Counted from the first letter of the stretch, positions 27,200-38,228 are shown. The stretch: DNA of 64,000 nt from an uncultured virus (IMG/VR IMGVR_UViG_3300028591_000111) (IMGVR_UViG_3300028591_000111), one strand, 5' to 3'. The notes: generated by a model not told the origin, from the sequence alone. Made by a program: numbers and translations.

Positions 27200-29146
27200 C
27201 TATTCTCCTTTTTCTGCACCACACATAAAAGACCATTTCTTAAATCCACACCGCGTAGATTTAACGCATCCTAATCTTTCCATAACATATTTCTCTGCAT
27301 GACAACATTTTGATTTGGCTTCCAATACAGTATCATTGTGTCTATCCAAAAAATCTTTTATCTCATATTTATAAATACCAATTGCTCCCATAAGCCAGAA
27401 ATAATTATCTGAATTACCGATACATTCAAATCCATATTTCTTGAACACTTCTCCTTCACCATAATCATTATTAGAATATGCTCTTATTATAGCAGGATTA
27501 TATCGCAACATGACATAATCAATCACAGACTCTATTGCATTACAAACAACAATATCATTCTTTTCAGCATAACTATTTAGAACAAAGCAATCATGTTTAT
27601 CTCTATAAAAGCTTGCAACAAAAATAATTTCATCGCCATACTTAATCGCTACATTTATTTCACAATTCAGACTTACATTATCAATATTATACTCATTCAA
27701 AAACTTTTCTGCATCGCTACGTTCTATTTCGTCAACGATACAATCACTACTATTTACATTATTTACACATAACCCTAACGATTTTTTAATAATATCTTTC
27801 ACACAATCTTTATTATTATTCCAATCCAAATCAAATATAGTCAGCAACCTAATTCCTTTATTCTCACAAATGTTAAATTTATTATAATGGTATTTAGATG
27901 TTCTGCATCGTTTATCATCTGTATGCCAGTATGCACCGTTATATTCAATAGCTAATTTCTTTGATGGAATAAACATGTCGATTTCTTGTTTGTTACCTAG
28001 AAACTTTCTATCATGCCTAATAATATCGTTTTCATCAATTCCTAAACTCAAAATATAATTATAAACATCATCTTCCTGCATCGAACTACCAATAACGCAT
28101 TTTGAACATAAGAAGCTCCTGTCTAATTCACCCTTTGACACTTTACAAACAGACTGCATCTCTAATTCAAAAGGTTCTCCACATTTTGAACATTTAAATG
28201 TAACAATATCTGTTGATAAAATATCTTTATTATCAAAACGATCTTTATCAATATCATAATAAAGATATTCTCTTAATTCAGATGGATATTTTCTATTTTC
28301 TTTTTTCTGCGCAAGTACATTCTCTAATTTTGCACATCCACACGAAATTCTTGAATTGCTTGTTAATTGATCTTTTGGAATTACAACCTCTTTTCCACAA
28401 TCACACAAACATCTTACACTTCTTGTATGCTGCGCTGTACTATCACGCTTCACCATTTCAATAACAGTTAAATGACCAAATCTGTCACCTCGTTTAGGAT
28501 CTGTTATGGACGCTTTTTTATCTTGTGCTTCGTATATAGCTTCTTTTCTTAAACACCCGCAAGACTGTGTTTCACCTTTTTTTAATAATTTAGCTCTTAC
28601 AACACACTCATTACCACAATCACATTTACAACGATATGATAAAATATTTGAATATTTTTCTAATCGTTCTTCTTTTAAAACAATCAATCTTCCAAATCGT
28701 GTTCCAGTTTTTATCTCTTTCTTACGAGCATTGCTTGTTCTTTCTTTTTGTAAACACCCACATGATTGTGTACGACCTTGTAACAAATAAAAAGTTGTTG
28801 TTTCTTTTATACCACCACACTCACATTTACATTTACAACGCCAACTTCTAAATCCACCTTCTTTCTTTATTTCTAAAACAACAAGTTTGCCAAATTTATC
28901 ACCAACTTTTATTTTGTCACTGCTCTGTGTATTGTTGATTTTCTTTATACTTTCGATTCTACCGCAACCACACGAACTTACACCATTAGACATTAATGCA
29001 AACTTGGTAACAACTTTTTCTTTGCCACAATCGCATTTCACTAAAAATTTGTGCTTTGCTGAGTCTGTTGAATACTCTAACTCTTTAAGAATTACGAGTT
29101 TTCCAAATCTTTGTCCAATTTTTGGATCTGGCTTTTTTGGATACAT
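27200..29146 (-). CDS. putative PD-(D/E)XK (Hef/Vsr-like) homing endonuclease with 4 N-terminal G.RFG repeats
   Basis: SMQE...EIDMFIPSKKLAIEYNGAYWH nuclease signature; start moved to MYPKK after GGAG SD. Confidence 0.75.
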   Translation of the reverse strand: MYPKKPDPKIGQRFGKLVILKELEYSTDSAKHKFLVKCDCGKEKVVTKFALMSNGVSSCGCGRIESIKKINNTQSSDKIKVGDKFGKLVVLEIKKEGGFRSWRCKCKCECGGIKETTTFYLLQGRTQSCGCLQKERTSNARKKEIKTGTRFGRLIVLKEERLEKYSNILSYRCKCDCGNECVVRAKLLKKGETQSCGCLRKEAIYEAQDKKASITDPKRGDRFGHLTVIEMVKRDSTAQHTRSVRCLCDCGKEVVIPKDQLTSNSRISCGCAKLENVLAQKKENRKYPSELREYLYYDIDKDRFDNKDILSTDIVTFKCSKCGEPFELEMQSVCKVSKGELDRSFLCSKCVIGSSMQEDDVYNYILSLGIDENDIIRHDRKFLGNKQEIDMFIPSKKLAIEYNGAYWHTDDKRCRTSKYHYNKFNICENKGIRLLTIFDLDWNNNKDCVKDIIKKSLGLCVNNVNSSDCIVDEIERSDAEKFLNEYNIDNVSLNCEINVAIKYGDEIIFVASFYRDKHDCFVLNSYAEKNDIVVCNAIESVIDYVMLRYNPAIIRAYSNNDYGEGEVFKKYGFECIGNSDNYFWLMGAIGIYKYEIKDFLDRHNDTVLEAKSKCCHAEKYVMERLGCVKSTRCGFKKWSFMCGAEKGE

Positions 29147-29177
29147 GACAAATCTCCATAACACTGTTTGTTTCACG

Positions 29178-29241
29178 AGGTTGTCATTTTACTGACAACC
29201 CAACTAAAGATGCTATAGCATGTTTATTTTTGTCATGTCAA
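29178..29241 (-). promoter_or_regulatory. TTGACA promoter and GGTTGTCA/TGACAACC leader hairpin of the endonuclease gene
   Basis: TTGACA-N18-TATAGC; 8-bp inverted repeat. Confidence 0.5.
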
Positions 29242-29284
29242 CAAATTTATCATGCAAAAATGATTTTTTTTGATAATTTTTTGT

Positions 29285-29313
29285 AAAAAAAAGGCTCGGA
29301 TCTACCGAGCCTT
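29285..29313 (-). terminator. intrinsic terminator after capsid gene
   Basis: AAAGGCTCGG/CCGAGCCTTT stem + T8. Confidence 0.85.
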
Positions 29314-29334
29314 TAAAACTGTAACGTTGCTATG

Positions 29335-30732
29335 TTAAATATTTACAACCTTACCAGCAACATACATACGATTATTGATCATCTTGGTTCCATATATACT
29401 GGCGAATCCTCTTCGACCCACAAAGTCGTCTAACATGACCATTGAGGTCGAGAAAATTGGTAAATAGTCGGCCAAAATGAAGCCACTATCTATCAATCCA
29501 TCACCTTTGTAACCAACGAGGTATGTATCATTTGGCAGGAATGGATCAAAGAATACCTTGAGACGATTATCAAGCATACCAGCAAAGTGTGGGCCAGACT
29601 GGGAAGCAAGGCCATTACCAACGAAGCGAGGTGCGCCAACAGCGTTAAGGATGTCGATAGCATCTTTACCGCAGACAACCCAGTTACCCATCTTACGTTT
29701 TGTAGCTTGGAAGATGGTTGTACAATCTTCAAAGAGGTGAGCGATGAAGCTGTTATAATGTTCGAGCTGGGAAACGCCGACGGGGATTTTACGATCCCAA
29801 GTAGAAGCAGCACCAGCCTGACGATAGAGTGTGGAAATAATATTTCCATCACGTTCGTGGCGGATTTCAGCGGTGCAGGTCTTGAGAAGTTCCTGATCGA
29901 TGTCAAGACCATAAGCCATCTGGAGATCATAACCAGCGTCCATTGAATAGAGAGCGCGAAGTTTATGAGGTGTGGCATTGATGGTAGCGCAATCGACGCG
30001 AACATTTACTTCACCAGCGAATGTTGGGGCATTGCCGAGGTCTTGGAAGTATGAAGCCTGAACAAGTGCTGAGTTACCGAGGGCAGTAATTTCAATTCTA
30101 CCATTGCGATAATCAATAGAACCAACTACTGAGCCACCAGCGTTTGTGAGTTTACCTTCACCATTGTCGGTGATGTTGCCAGTGTCGGTGGTGAAAACAA
30201 CCGTACCAGGACGGACTGGGAAGTTCGAGAGATGAGCTTCGAGATTACCAGAAACGTGATTCTCTGCAACGATCTCATCTTCGATGCGTTCGCCTGCATA
30301 GTTGTTGTAATCGGCAGCACCAGTGAGAGCTGACAGCATTGAATCGCCCTTGTTTACGCCACCACGGTCTGTTCCATAAACATAGTTAAGGAAGTAGATC
30401 TGACCGATACGCTGTGACATAGCCTGAACGGAAACGAGTTCGTCAGCGATCATTGTAGGATAGAGGCCAGCGATCATATCATAAGCGTGAATCTTAAAAG
30501 GCCCTACATCCTGCGGATTTGTGGCTTCAAACATGCGGCTACGGTTGGTGTAGCTGTCGATAGCGAGTCTTGTATTCTCAAAAATCTGAGCAAGACGTGT
30601 GCTTTTTTCGTTATTCATTGGCTTAATATTAGCGTTAGGATAACGATCAGACAGAGTTTTCAGGGACTCATTAAGGGTGTTAATGCGACCATTCCAACGA
30701 CCGAGATTTTTTGAATTTAGTGTATCAACCAT
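29335..30732 (-). CDS. major capsid protein, T4 gp23-like
   Basis: VSVQAM...GQIYFL.Y.YG; KLRA.YS.DA..DL....GLDID.EL...AEI..E.D..II; LVGYKG....D.G....Y.P. Confidence 0.92.
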   Translation of the reverse strand: MVDTLNSKNLGRWNGRINTLNESLKTLSDRYPNANIKPMNNEKSTRLAQIFENTRLAIDSYTNRSRMFEATNPQDVGPFKIHAYDMIAGLYPTMIADELVSVQAMSQRIGQIYFLNYVYGTDRGGVNKGDSMLSALTGAADYNNYAGERIEDEIVAENHVSGNLEAHLSNFPVRPGTVVFTTDTGNITDNGEGKLTNAGGSVVGSIDYRNGRIEITALGNSALVQASYFQDLGNAPTFAGEVNVRVDCATINATPHKLRALYSMDAGYDLQMAYGLDIDQELLKTCTAEIRHERDGNIISTLYRQAGAASTWDRKIPVGVSQLEHYNSFIAHLFEDCTTIFQATKRKMGNWVVCGKDAIDILNAVGAPRFVGNGLASQSGPHFAGMLDNRLKVFFDPFLPNDTYLVGYKGDGLIDSGFILADYLPIFSTSMVMLDDFVGRRGFASIYGTKMINNRMYVAGKVVNI

Positions 30733-30864
30733 TTTTGTTTCTCCATTTTTCTAATAACATGTTATAGAAAAGAAAATGACTACAATATTTATTACGCCTA
30801 AATAAATTGAGGTTGAAATTCAAGTTACTGGCGGAATTGCAGTGATTAAGTTGTCAAATTGTTT

Positions 30865-30907
30865 TAGATATAAACTGAAAAATTGTGTGTTATAATATGT
30901 TAGATAG
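30865..30907 (-). promoter_or_regulatory. putative late promoters (TATCTA x2) of capsid gene
   Basis: TAGATA 30865-30870 and TAGATAG 30901-30907 on +. Confidence 0.65.
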
Positions 30908-30941
30908 AAAGTCGATTTTTATGTTTGTTTTGCAGAGCTTT

Positions 30942-32342
30942 TTAGAATAGAGATTCAAGGAAGCTCGTAGTATCTATGGTTTGCTGTTCTTGTTCGTTTG
31001 TTTTTTCGGATAATTTCTGGTTTATATTTTTAGATTCTTTCATATTGAGAATCTTGACAGGTGTTCTAGTTTCATTTAGATAGGGTGACAAAATTTTAAT
31101 TGACGTGATAGCCTTATTGATATTGTCATCAATTGATTTGTAAACTTTTCTGACAGCAGATTCGTTTACATTAGTCTTATTAGATATAAACTTCACATTT
31201 GATTCATAGTCGTTATTGTCTTTAACAGTCTTTAATTTTTTAGATATACTTTCTTGTAGATATTTTTTGTTTTGTTCTGTTTTATTTTTGATAACTTGTT
31301 TTTGAGATTCGACTATGGATGACAATGTTTTATTTTTTGTTTCGAGTGCTTTGTTGGCGAGTGTACATTCCTCGAAATGATGTTGTAGCTGTTCGACTTG
31401 TTTTCTAAGGTTTGCAAGTTCGGTTTGCTCTTTTACATGACGATTTTTATTGAGTGTACGAAGTTTTTTATTCTCTGCTTTGAATCTTGAAATTTGTTTT
31501 TTGAGAGAATAATTCTCGGTTGTGAGAGATTCGTTTTTGTTATCGTTTGATGTTGTTTGTTTGGATGATTCATTCGTTTGGTCTAATGCGGGTTGAATTG
31601 AATCATCATTATGAGACATGATGCTGTTGACGGCGGAAAGTTCTGTTTTAAAGAATGAAGGGTATTGTTCCATCATGGTTTTGACGCATTCGAGTTCGTT
31701 TTCGCTGCAAGATTTGTATTCATTGATGATGGATTTGGTGTTTTTGCCTTCAACGAGGTTTGGGCGGGCGCAGGCGAAACCTGGCTCGGTTACAACGTCG
31801 AACGTATAAAACTCATAGTCATCAATATTAAGCAGCTCATACCCTTCAGCCGTAAAAGTTGAAGTTCCTGACGCTCTTGCAGATACACCGATTTTTGCCC
31901 CGTATTCGAGAAGCGTGCTAACGATACGCCCCGTCGGTGTGTCAAGGATTGCAAATCTGCCATAAAGTTTTGACGGGTCGCTATCAGGAATCCAAAGCTT
32001 CTCTACTGACATACAGATATTTGGAACGATTGTTTCGAGTCTTGTCTCTGGATGGCAACCCTCGCCGAACAAACAGTTCTTACGAATGAGATCATTGGTT
32101 GCTTCGTTGTTGAGGATTTTCTTTATAACAAGTTCTTTTGGATAGATGCGGTTATTTCTGTTGACAGCATCCATCTCCATGCAAGCACCCTCAAGAACGT
32201 GAAGCACGTTTGCACGCTTGTTTGATTTTTTATCATCATTTTCTTTAGCTTCTTTTAAAGCCAGTGTCTCAAGAAAAACATCGCTCGATATTGGTTTGCT
32301 ATCTGTTTTAGGCTTATCATTTATAACTAATGTTTCTGCCAT
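30942..32342 (-). CDS. prohead core protease (T4 gp21-like) with C-terminal coiled-coil scaffold region
   Basis: NRNNRIYP, GE..HP, ILDTPTG, IGVSARASG, TFDVV.EPG; adjacent to capsid gene. Confidence 0.9.
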   Translation of the reverse strand: MAETLVINDKPKTDSKPISSDVFLETLALKEAKENDDKKSNKRANVLHVLEGACMEMDAVNRNNRIYPKELVIKKILNNEATNDLIRKNCLFGEGCHPETRLETIVPNICMSVEKLWIPDSDPSKLYGRFAILDTPTGRIVSTLLEYGAKIGVSARASGTSTFTAEGYELLNIDDYEFYTFDVVTEPGFACARPNLVEGKNTKSIINEYKSCSENELECVKTMMEQYPSFFKTELSAVNSIMSHNDDSIQPALDQTNESSKQTTSNDNKNESLTTENYSLKKQISRFKAENKKLRTLNKNRHVKEQTELANLRKQVEQLQHHFEECTLANKALETKNKTLSSIVESQKQVIKNKTEQNKKYLQESISKKLKTVKDNNDYESNVKFISNKTNVNESAVRKVYKSIDDNINKAITSIKILSPYLNETRTPVKILNMKESKNINQKLSEKTNEQEQQTIDTTSFLESLF

Positions 32343-32414
32343 AATTCATTCTCCAATTGAAAAATATTATTTGATTGGCGACGCCAGTCAAAAAAATTAT
32401 GCTAAACACTGATA

Positions 32415-32421
32415 TAGATAG
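32415..32421 (-). promoter_or_regulatory. putative late promoter CTATCTA
   Basis: Recurrent oriented motif. Confidence 0.65.
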
Positions 32422-32447
32422 AATGTCTGATTTTTGGAATATATTAG

Positions 32448-34235
32448 TTATTTAGATTCGCCAGAATCCAAAACGGATTGTCCGCCAGTCCAGTTGTCGC
32501 CATATAATTCAACGGTGTCAGCAGAGAAGTCCTGATTTGAGATTTTGTTAAAGTTTAGGGTTACGGAATAATTCATATAGATTTGTTGGCCTGCGAGGGT
32601 AACGGTGTCACCTGGGTTCGTCTCATCTAAATAATTATCAGGTCGCTTCGCATACAAAGCTCCTTTGTGAGAAATATTCACCGCATTACAAATCCCAACA
32701 AAACGGAAATTGTTTGCAATACTCACATAGCATGATGGCGGCGTAACAATACCATTGTCATATCTTGGATATGCCAAAGCCTTTATCGCATTCAAATATT
32801 GATTTACTATATTGAAAATCTCATCTGAGAAATTCGTAATTTGTGATGCACTTTTTATTTCTTGTTTTAATTGTTGAATTTTATATAAAAGATTAGGATC
32901 TAATTGCAAAGATGATTCGTTTACTTGAATTTGCAACTTCGTTATCTGATCTACTGATTTTATTACAGACTGTTTTTCTTCTGGCCTTAAAAATGAGAAA
33001 TTAGTGAGTTTATCTTTGATATTTTCGATTTCATTTTTTATATTCAAAACCTGATTCTTTATTTCATCAAAGAATCCAGACTTCTTTGTTGCTTCACTAA
33101 TATCTTTATACCAACGGTCTATACTTTGATTATAATTCTTTGACAAATAAGACACAAGCGCACCGACATCAAATTCAAAATTGAGTGATGGTGCAGAACC
33201 AGTTGTTGATTCATATCCAAACACCTGATGTGACGAACCGCGAGTGTTTGCTTCTTCCCAATTTACAGTATAAGATTCATCGACGCTTTCAGGTCTAAAT
33301 GGTATATATATGATTGTATCTGTAATAAGATTTTTAATAAACATACCATTCTGGTTAAATGTCATTCTTCTACTGTCTTTTCCATGTTCAGACAAATAGG
33401 CACGTCGCTCATCTAATTTTTTCTGTGATTCTTTATCCAGTAGCGAACGTTCTTTATCACTATTATTTAAGAATTTGTTAAGTTCGCTGGAAGCATCAGA
33501 CATAAATTCAGATGCTTTTGTTGCAATGTCTGTCACCTCGTTTACGATTTCAATTCCCTTTGAAACAATTTCACCTGCCTTCATCACTTTTTGAAGGTTT
33601 TCTGCTATCATCAAATCAGAAAGCGACGGGCAAACGTCTTCCTTACGCATATAGACGGTTGAATAATCCTGATAACCGCCACTGGATTTATCTGATTTTC
33701 CAGAGACAGCACTCAACAATTTTCCTGTTGCTGACACTTTGTTGTCGCTAGAACCTGTCATTTGAGACAACAAAGAGCTTGCGACTTTTTTAAGTGGTGA
33801 TGGCATCAAAGAAATTTTCAAAACATTTATGGCTTGTATGCCAAATTGAAGTTCACCGTTTTCGTCATAGTAGTTGCCATAATCTTTATCAGCATTGTAT
33901 TTGAGAATTCCTGTTGTTGGCAAGGTAACAATGCCTGCGGGTTCTTCGGCGTCGGATGAGGAATAATATTTAGCGCCAGCGCGGACGATAACTTTGTTGC
34001 CTTGCTTGTATCGTTCGGAGTCGGAGTTGAAGCCGCCACCTGGGATAAAATCGTAGGCATGGATCTGACTCTGTGCCGCAACCAGCGCGGCACACGTTGG
34101 CTCATCGAACTCATCATCTTTCCATTTCGCATCAATTCCAAGACCTTTCAAGTATTTATGAACGAGCTTCATGCTCTCACATTTTTGCCCGAACGTTATT
34201 TTATCTTTATCAGACATCACACCTGACATATCCAA
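32448..34235 (-). CDS. baseplate/tail-tube-initiator-like protein with N-terminal peptidoglycan-binding-like domain
   Basis: YLKGLG...FDEPT.AALVAAQ; PF.PESVDESY...W....RG....FGY..T tube-like motif. Confidence 0.6.
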   Translation of the reverse strand: MDMSGVMSDKDKITFGQKCESMKLVHKYLKGLGIDAKWKDDEFDEPTCAALVAAQSQIHAYDFIPGGGFNSDSERYKQGNKVIVRAGAKYYSSSDAEEPAGIVTLPTTGILKYNADKDYGNYYDENGELQFGIQAINVLKISLMPSPLKKVASSLLSQMTGSSDNKVSATGKLLSAVSGKSDKSSGGYQDYSTVYMRKEDVCPSLSDLMIAENLQKVMKAGEIVSKGIEIVNEVTDIATKASEFMSDASSELNKFLNNSDKERSLLDKESQKKLDERRAYLSEHGKDSRRMTFNQNGMFIKNLITDTIIYIPFRPESVDESYTVNWEEANTRGSSHQVFGYESTTGSAPSLNFEFDVGALVSYLSKNYNQSIDRWYKDISEATKKSGFFDEIKNQVLNIKNEIENIKDKLTNFSFLRPEEKQSVIKSVDQITKLQIQVNESSLQLDPNLLYKIQQLKQEIKSASQITNFSDEIFNIVNQYLNAIKALAYPRYDNGIVTPPSCYVSIANNFRFVGICNAVNISHKGALYAKRPDNYLDETNPGDTVTLAGQQIYMNYSVTLNFNKISNQDFSADTVELYGDNWTGGQSVLDSGESK

Positions 34236-34272
34236 CTCCTGAATTGAAATAATAATTATTGTTATTATTTTT

Positions 34273-37200
34273 TTAGTTAATCTGTTTTAGTTTATAAGCA
34301 AGTGTAGTTCCGATATTCATACCATTGCGTTCAAAATGATATACCATATTATCGAGTATTGAGTTTTTCTGTATTCTGATAACGACATTACCAAGTACGA
34401 GAGAATGCCCCAAGTCTGATTCAGGCTCAACCTCATCCGTCGGAATAAATTCAAGGAATTTATCAAAATCACTTTGCGGAATAGATGACGCCGACGTATC
34501 TGTAATAAACATCGTTTCTGTTTCGTCTGGGATTGACACAGCATATCGACCTGTATAATCGACCTCGCCAACAGTGCATACTTTCAATATAGCTGAATCT
34601 GCTGCTTGAATAACGCTAATAAATTCAGACACATAATGCACCTCGGAAATGTTTTTGAGAATACCAGTAAAGTTTGCAATGGCATCCCAAATTTTTTCAA
34701 ATATTGCAGAGACATCGGCAACACTTGAATCGACAAAGACGTGTGCATGAATGTCAAGACCAGTTCTTATGTATGGCAGGATAAATACTGCATCACCTCG
34801 CCCCTGCTTCTGCTGAATCTTTTTATAGAGATCAACGATCTCAGGATAAACAATATCCCATCTGAAATAATTTGAAGCAGGTGATAATTCCTCATCCCAA
34901 GATGTATCGCCGCCACAAGCAATATAACGTTTATTCTCGTTTGGTGAATATGTGTACTGTTTACCAAGTTTTGAATCTGGATCGCTATACCAGTATGCAA
35001 CTTCATATGTGGCTGACAATATCTTATTAAGTGCATATTTAATATTGTCGATACCAAGCTTTTGCAAATACTCATTAAGCTGTGCATGTGTATTTGTATA
35101 GTTAGCCTCTGTGACAAAGCATATTTGCAGTATGAGATACTTTAAGTATTTTGGGAATGTCGTCTGGATTTCTACAAAGAGCGATTTGTTTATATGATCC
35201 TTTATCTTTCTTATATCTGTTAAACTATCACTATATCCTTCTTCTGGTAATGATAAATAATCATATTTATCCATACCTGTTAAAGTCTTTGCAGTTCTTA
35301 CGAATCCATATTTATCATTTTTTGAGTATGAATGCTCATCAGGAATAAATTCAGGTTCGATTTGATAACCAAAACAATGATTAGGCGTATATTCTTCTAT
35401 ATAAAATAGATTACTGTCATCATTATATAATGAATTATCCTGATTAAGTATTGATGTTAAATAATGCAAATTCAATGGTTTTGCAGTTAAATGTTCCGCA
35501 TCATAAAAGAAATCATCATGATAAAGTTTTTCATCGGCAATAACTAAAGGTAGTTCCTGATCTTCTTCATTGATATACACTCTATATGCTTTTAGAGAAT
35601 CATCATATGTTGTTTTACCATCTGAACTTTTAAGATATGCAATTGGTGAAAAATATCTCAATTGATAAGCATTTGTACGTTTCAAATCTTCTTCTGATAG
35701 ATTTTCAAGAACTGGCAGACATATCCATCTTTTATAAACATCTACTTTATATTCCAACGAACCTGAATTTGTATATTTATAATAATCACCATTGATTACT
35801 GGTTTTAATTCGCCAAGTGTTGTTCCAAACGTTGGATGGAAATCTAATGCTTTCTTTCTAAAGCAAAGACCAACCTTGCTTGTAATTTTTAAGCTATTCT
35901 CTTTTGTAGAATCATCTGTTTTCTTTAAATAAAGAATAGGCATTCCGTTCTTATCAACTTCTTGGTCATCGATCAATCGCGAGTAAATGCCTTGTGCTGG
36001 TGTATATCCAACTATATCATAAATACTTTCGATATCTGTGCTAAGACCATGCTTAAAGTTTACATTCTTTTTTGTTCCATCACTTTCTGTTATATTATAT
36101 TCAACAGGATCGCCATTCTCATCTTCAAGTTTATCCGCACCATCAATAATAAAGAATGTTTCATTCCAAATATTCGATGGCACAGAAAACGGCGTATCAA
36201 AGCCATCAATCTTTATTGATATTGATCTTATTTTGTTTTTAAGACTAGATTGAATTAAATCTTTGCGTTCAAATATATTTCCATCCACATCTGGATCGAA
36301 ATCAGGATATATCTCTTTCAAGTCATTTAAAAACAGCGGTGAATAAATATCATCCTGCAATCTAAAGCAAACATCTGCGACATTTGTGTTTACAATCGTT
36401 GTCTGGTCAAAGAACGACGGCGGTGCATCAAACATAATCGCAGAGTGAGACTGTTTGAGATAATATGATTTAAATAATGTTTCCAACTTAGGTAATGTAT
36501 AGTATTTCGTAACTTTTGGATCTGATTTATCAGCATATTTGATATTCAAATTTTCTGGCCATGAATCAAAACCAGCAGGCGGTTCTCCACTGACATCAAC
36601 CCTTGACTTCTTTGTACCAACTATTCTCATTCTAATTTCTGGTGTGTCTGTTCCAATATTGATAAAATCACTAAGCAATAATCTCAATCTTGAAGCGACA
36701 TCAATAAAGCAATTGGTATTGTCATAATTCTTTTCAATAATCGGATTATTTTGCATATATCTCTTATTTGGAGATGCAACAAATATAGCATTGGATAATC
36801 CTACTTGAGAATTAAATCCATTCTTTGTTTTTGTTGCCGCTATCCATGATTCATACCAATGCTCATTCGCATATTGAGAAAAGTCATCTATATTAACATC
36901 AAAAGATTTAAATATAATAATCTCACGGCCATCTATTTTACGCGTATCTGTAATTTTATCTGATGCGTTTATGTTGGCGACATTCTGTTGCCAATAAGGT
37001 GTTGATGTTTGATTCAGCGGCGAGAATATATCATGGCCATAATCATCGGGTTCTGCCTTTAATGCTTTTATGTCTTTTGGATATTCTATTGTAATAGTTT
37101 CAATCTTATTGCGATCCCAGTCAGTCACATAAAAATCATTGACACCATTGAGTGTTAGGAATGCTTCATAATCTTCAAGTACAACGAGTGAAGTTGTCTG

Positions 37201-38178
37201 TCTGATTGACTGAATATATGATTTCTTAATTACGTCAATTGCTTCATAGTTTTGACCATTTTCAAACGGTTTAGACTGTGTAAAAGACACATCGACATCC
37301 GTCCACGATGACAACTTATTGCCTGCGGAATCATAAACGTCTTCATTAAAAGATACTGTATTATCTGAATAGTCACCTTTTGTAAGATATGAGGTGAACG
37401 TGTCTTTTTCGTAATTGCTGCGAGCGCCGTTTGTCTGGATATATTCCAACGTTATTTTTGACGTGTCGATAATTTCATCAGCCCAATTCGTAAAGAATCG
37501 AATGATATTTCTAACTCCTTGACGCACAAAGTTTGGTTCGAGAGAATAAATCTTGCTCGTTCTTACGTCCGTGAATACATCTGTCACTGGCGTCCATTCT
37601 TCGTTCTGATAAAACATGCGGGTGCTGTCTGCTGACACATTGAGTCGTCCGAGAACAATGTAATTGAACTCGTTTATGTCGTTGCGTGTAAATTGTTCGT
37701 ATGCGTATTGTCCGCCGAGAACTTCAATACTGAAATGGGACGCACCTGCTGGCAGTATAAATTCCCTGTTTGTGATGCAAATGTCGCCATCGGTGTTTTT
37801 GATTTCTGTATAGCGCGGGATTGTCACTGACACTGGCAGCGTCGTGTATTCACTCGTAACCTTGCCATCGACTTTTTTCCTAAAGTCAATGTTAATCCAA
37901 GTTCGGCCAGCCTTGAACAACGACGGCTTATATCCATTCCGTATTGCGTGCGCATATACGTTCCTTGGAAATGATGCAGTAACAATATCTGTCTCACGCT
38001 TCTGGTTATCGTATGCAAAGTGCAAATTGCTAACACAGTGCGCAAGCAATTCAATAAGCGTCATTGTCTCATCAGATTCGCTATAATCATTCCACTTGTC
38101 GCCAAGTTTCTCTGACATGAAACGAATCATTTCTTCGCGCAGACCTAAAAAATCTCTTTGTGTAAATCTAAGTGCCAT
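34273..38178 (-). CDS. baseplate wedge protein, T4 gp6-like
   Basis: RDF..LR...WND.SESD..M.LIELLA...E..I.TA...A...GYKP; LV.LEDY. Confidence 0.82.
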   Translation of the reverse strand: MALRFTQRDFLGLREEMIRFMSEKLGDKWNDYSESDETMTLIELLAHCVSNLHFAYDNQKRETDIVTASFPRNVYAHAIRNGYKPSLFKAGRTWINIDFRKKVDGKVTSEYTTLPVSVTIPRYTEIKNTDGDICITNREFILPAGASHFSIEVLGGQYAYEQFTRNDINEFNYIVLGRLNVSADSTRMFYQNEEWTPVTDVFTDVRTSKIYSLEPNFVRQGVRNIIRFFTNWADEIIDTSKITLEYIQTNGARSNYEKDTFTSYLTKGDYSDNTVSFNEDVYDSAGNKLSSWTDVDVSFTQSKPFENGQNYEAIDVIKKSYIQSIRQTTSLVVLEDYEAFLTLNGVNDFYVTDWDRNKIETITIEYPKDIKALKAEPDDYGHDIFSPLNQTSTPYWQQNVANINASDKITDTRKIDGREIIIFKSFDVNIDDFSQYANEHWYESWIAATKTKNGFNSQVGLSNAIFVASPNKRYMQNNPIIEKNYDNTNCFIDVASRLRLLLSDFINIGTDTPEIRMRIVGTKKSRVDVSGEPPAGFDSWPENLNIKYADKSDPKVTKYYTLPKLETLFKSYYLKQSHSAIMFDAPPSFFDQTTIVNTNVADVCFRLQDDIYSPLFLNDLKEIYPDFDPDVDGNIFERKDLIQSSLKNKIRSISIKIDGFDTPFSVPSNIWNETFFIIDGADKLEDENGDPVEYNITESDGTKKNVNFKHGLSTDIESIYDIVGYTPAQGIYSRLIDDQEVDKNGMPILYLKKTDDSTKENSLKITSKVGLCFRKKALDFHPTFGTTLGELKPVINGDYYKYTNSGSLEYKVDVYKRWICLPVLENLSEEDLKRTNAYQLRYFSPIAYLKSSDGKTTYDDSLKAYRVYINEEDQELPLVIADEKLYHDDFFYDAEHLTAKPLNLHYLTSILNQDNSLYNDDSNLFYIEEYTPNHCFGYQIEPEFIPDEHSYSKNDKYGFVRTAKTLTGMDKYDYLSLPEEGYSDSLTDIRKIKDHINKSLFVEIQTTFPKYLKYLILQICFVTEANYTNTHAQLNEYLQKLGIDNIKYALNKILSATYEVAYWYSDPDSKLGKQYTYSPNENKRYIACGGDTSWDEELSPASNYFRWDIVYPEIVDLYKKIQQKQGRGDAVFILPYIRTGLDIHAHVFVDSSVADVSAIFEKIWDAIANFTGILKNISEVHYVSEFISVIQAADSAILKVCTVGEVDYTGRYAVSIPDETETMFITDTSASSIPQSDFDKFLEFIPTDEVEPESDLGHSLVLGNVVIRIQKNSILDNMVYHFERNGMNIGTTLAYKLKQIN

Positions 38179-38204
38179 AGTTCTATAATCCTACTAAAGA
38201 AGTA

Positions 38205-38228
38205 AAGATAGCATTGGTATTATAGATA
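38205..38228 (-). promoter_or_regulatory. putative late promoter(s) TATCTA/CTATCTT
   Basis: TAGATA 38223-38228; AAGATAG 38205-38211 on +. Confidence 0.55.

Noticed and set aside
8584..33150. Self-targets for TnpB 1 (TTGAC-AAATA near 8584 and 33140)
   Set aside because: Only 5 nt of guide match after the TAM; expected by chance.
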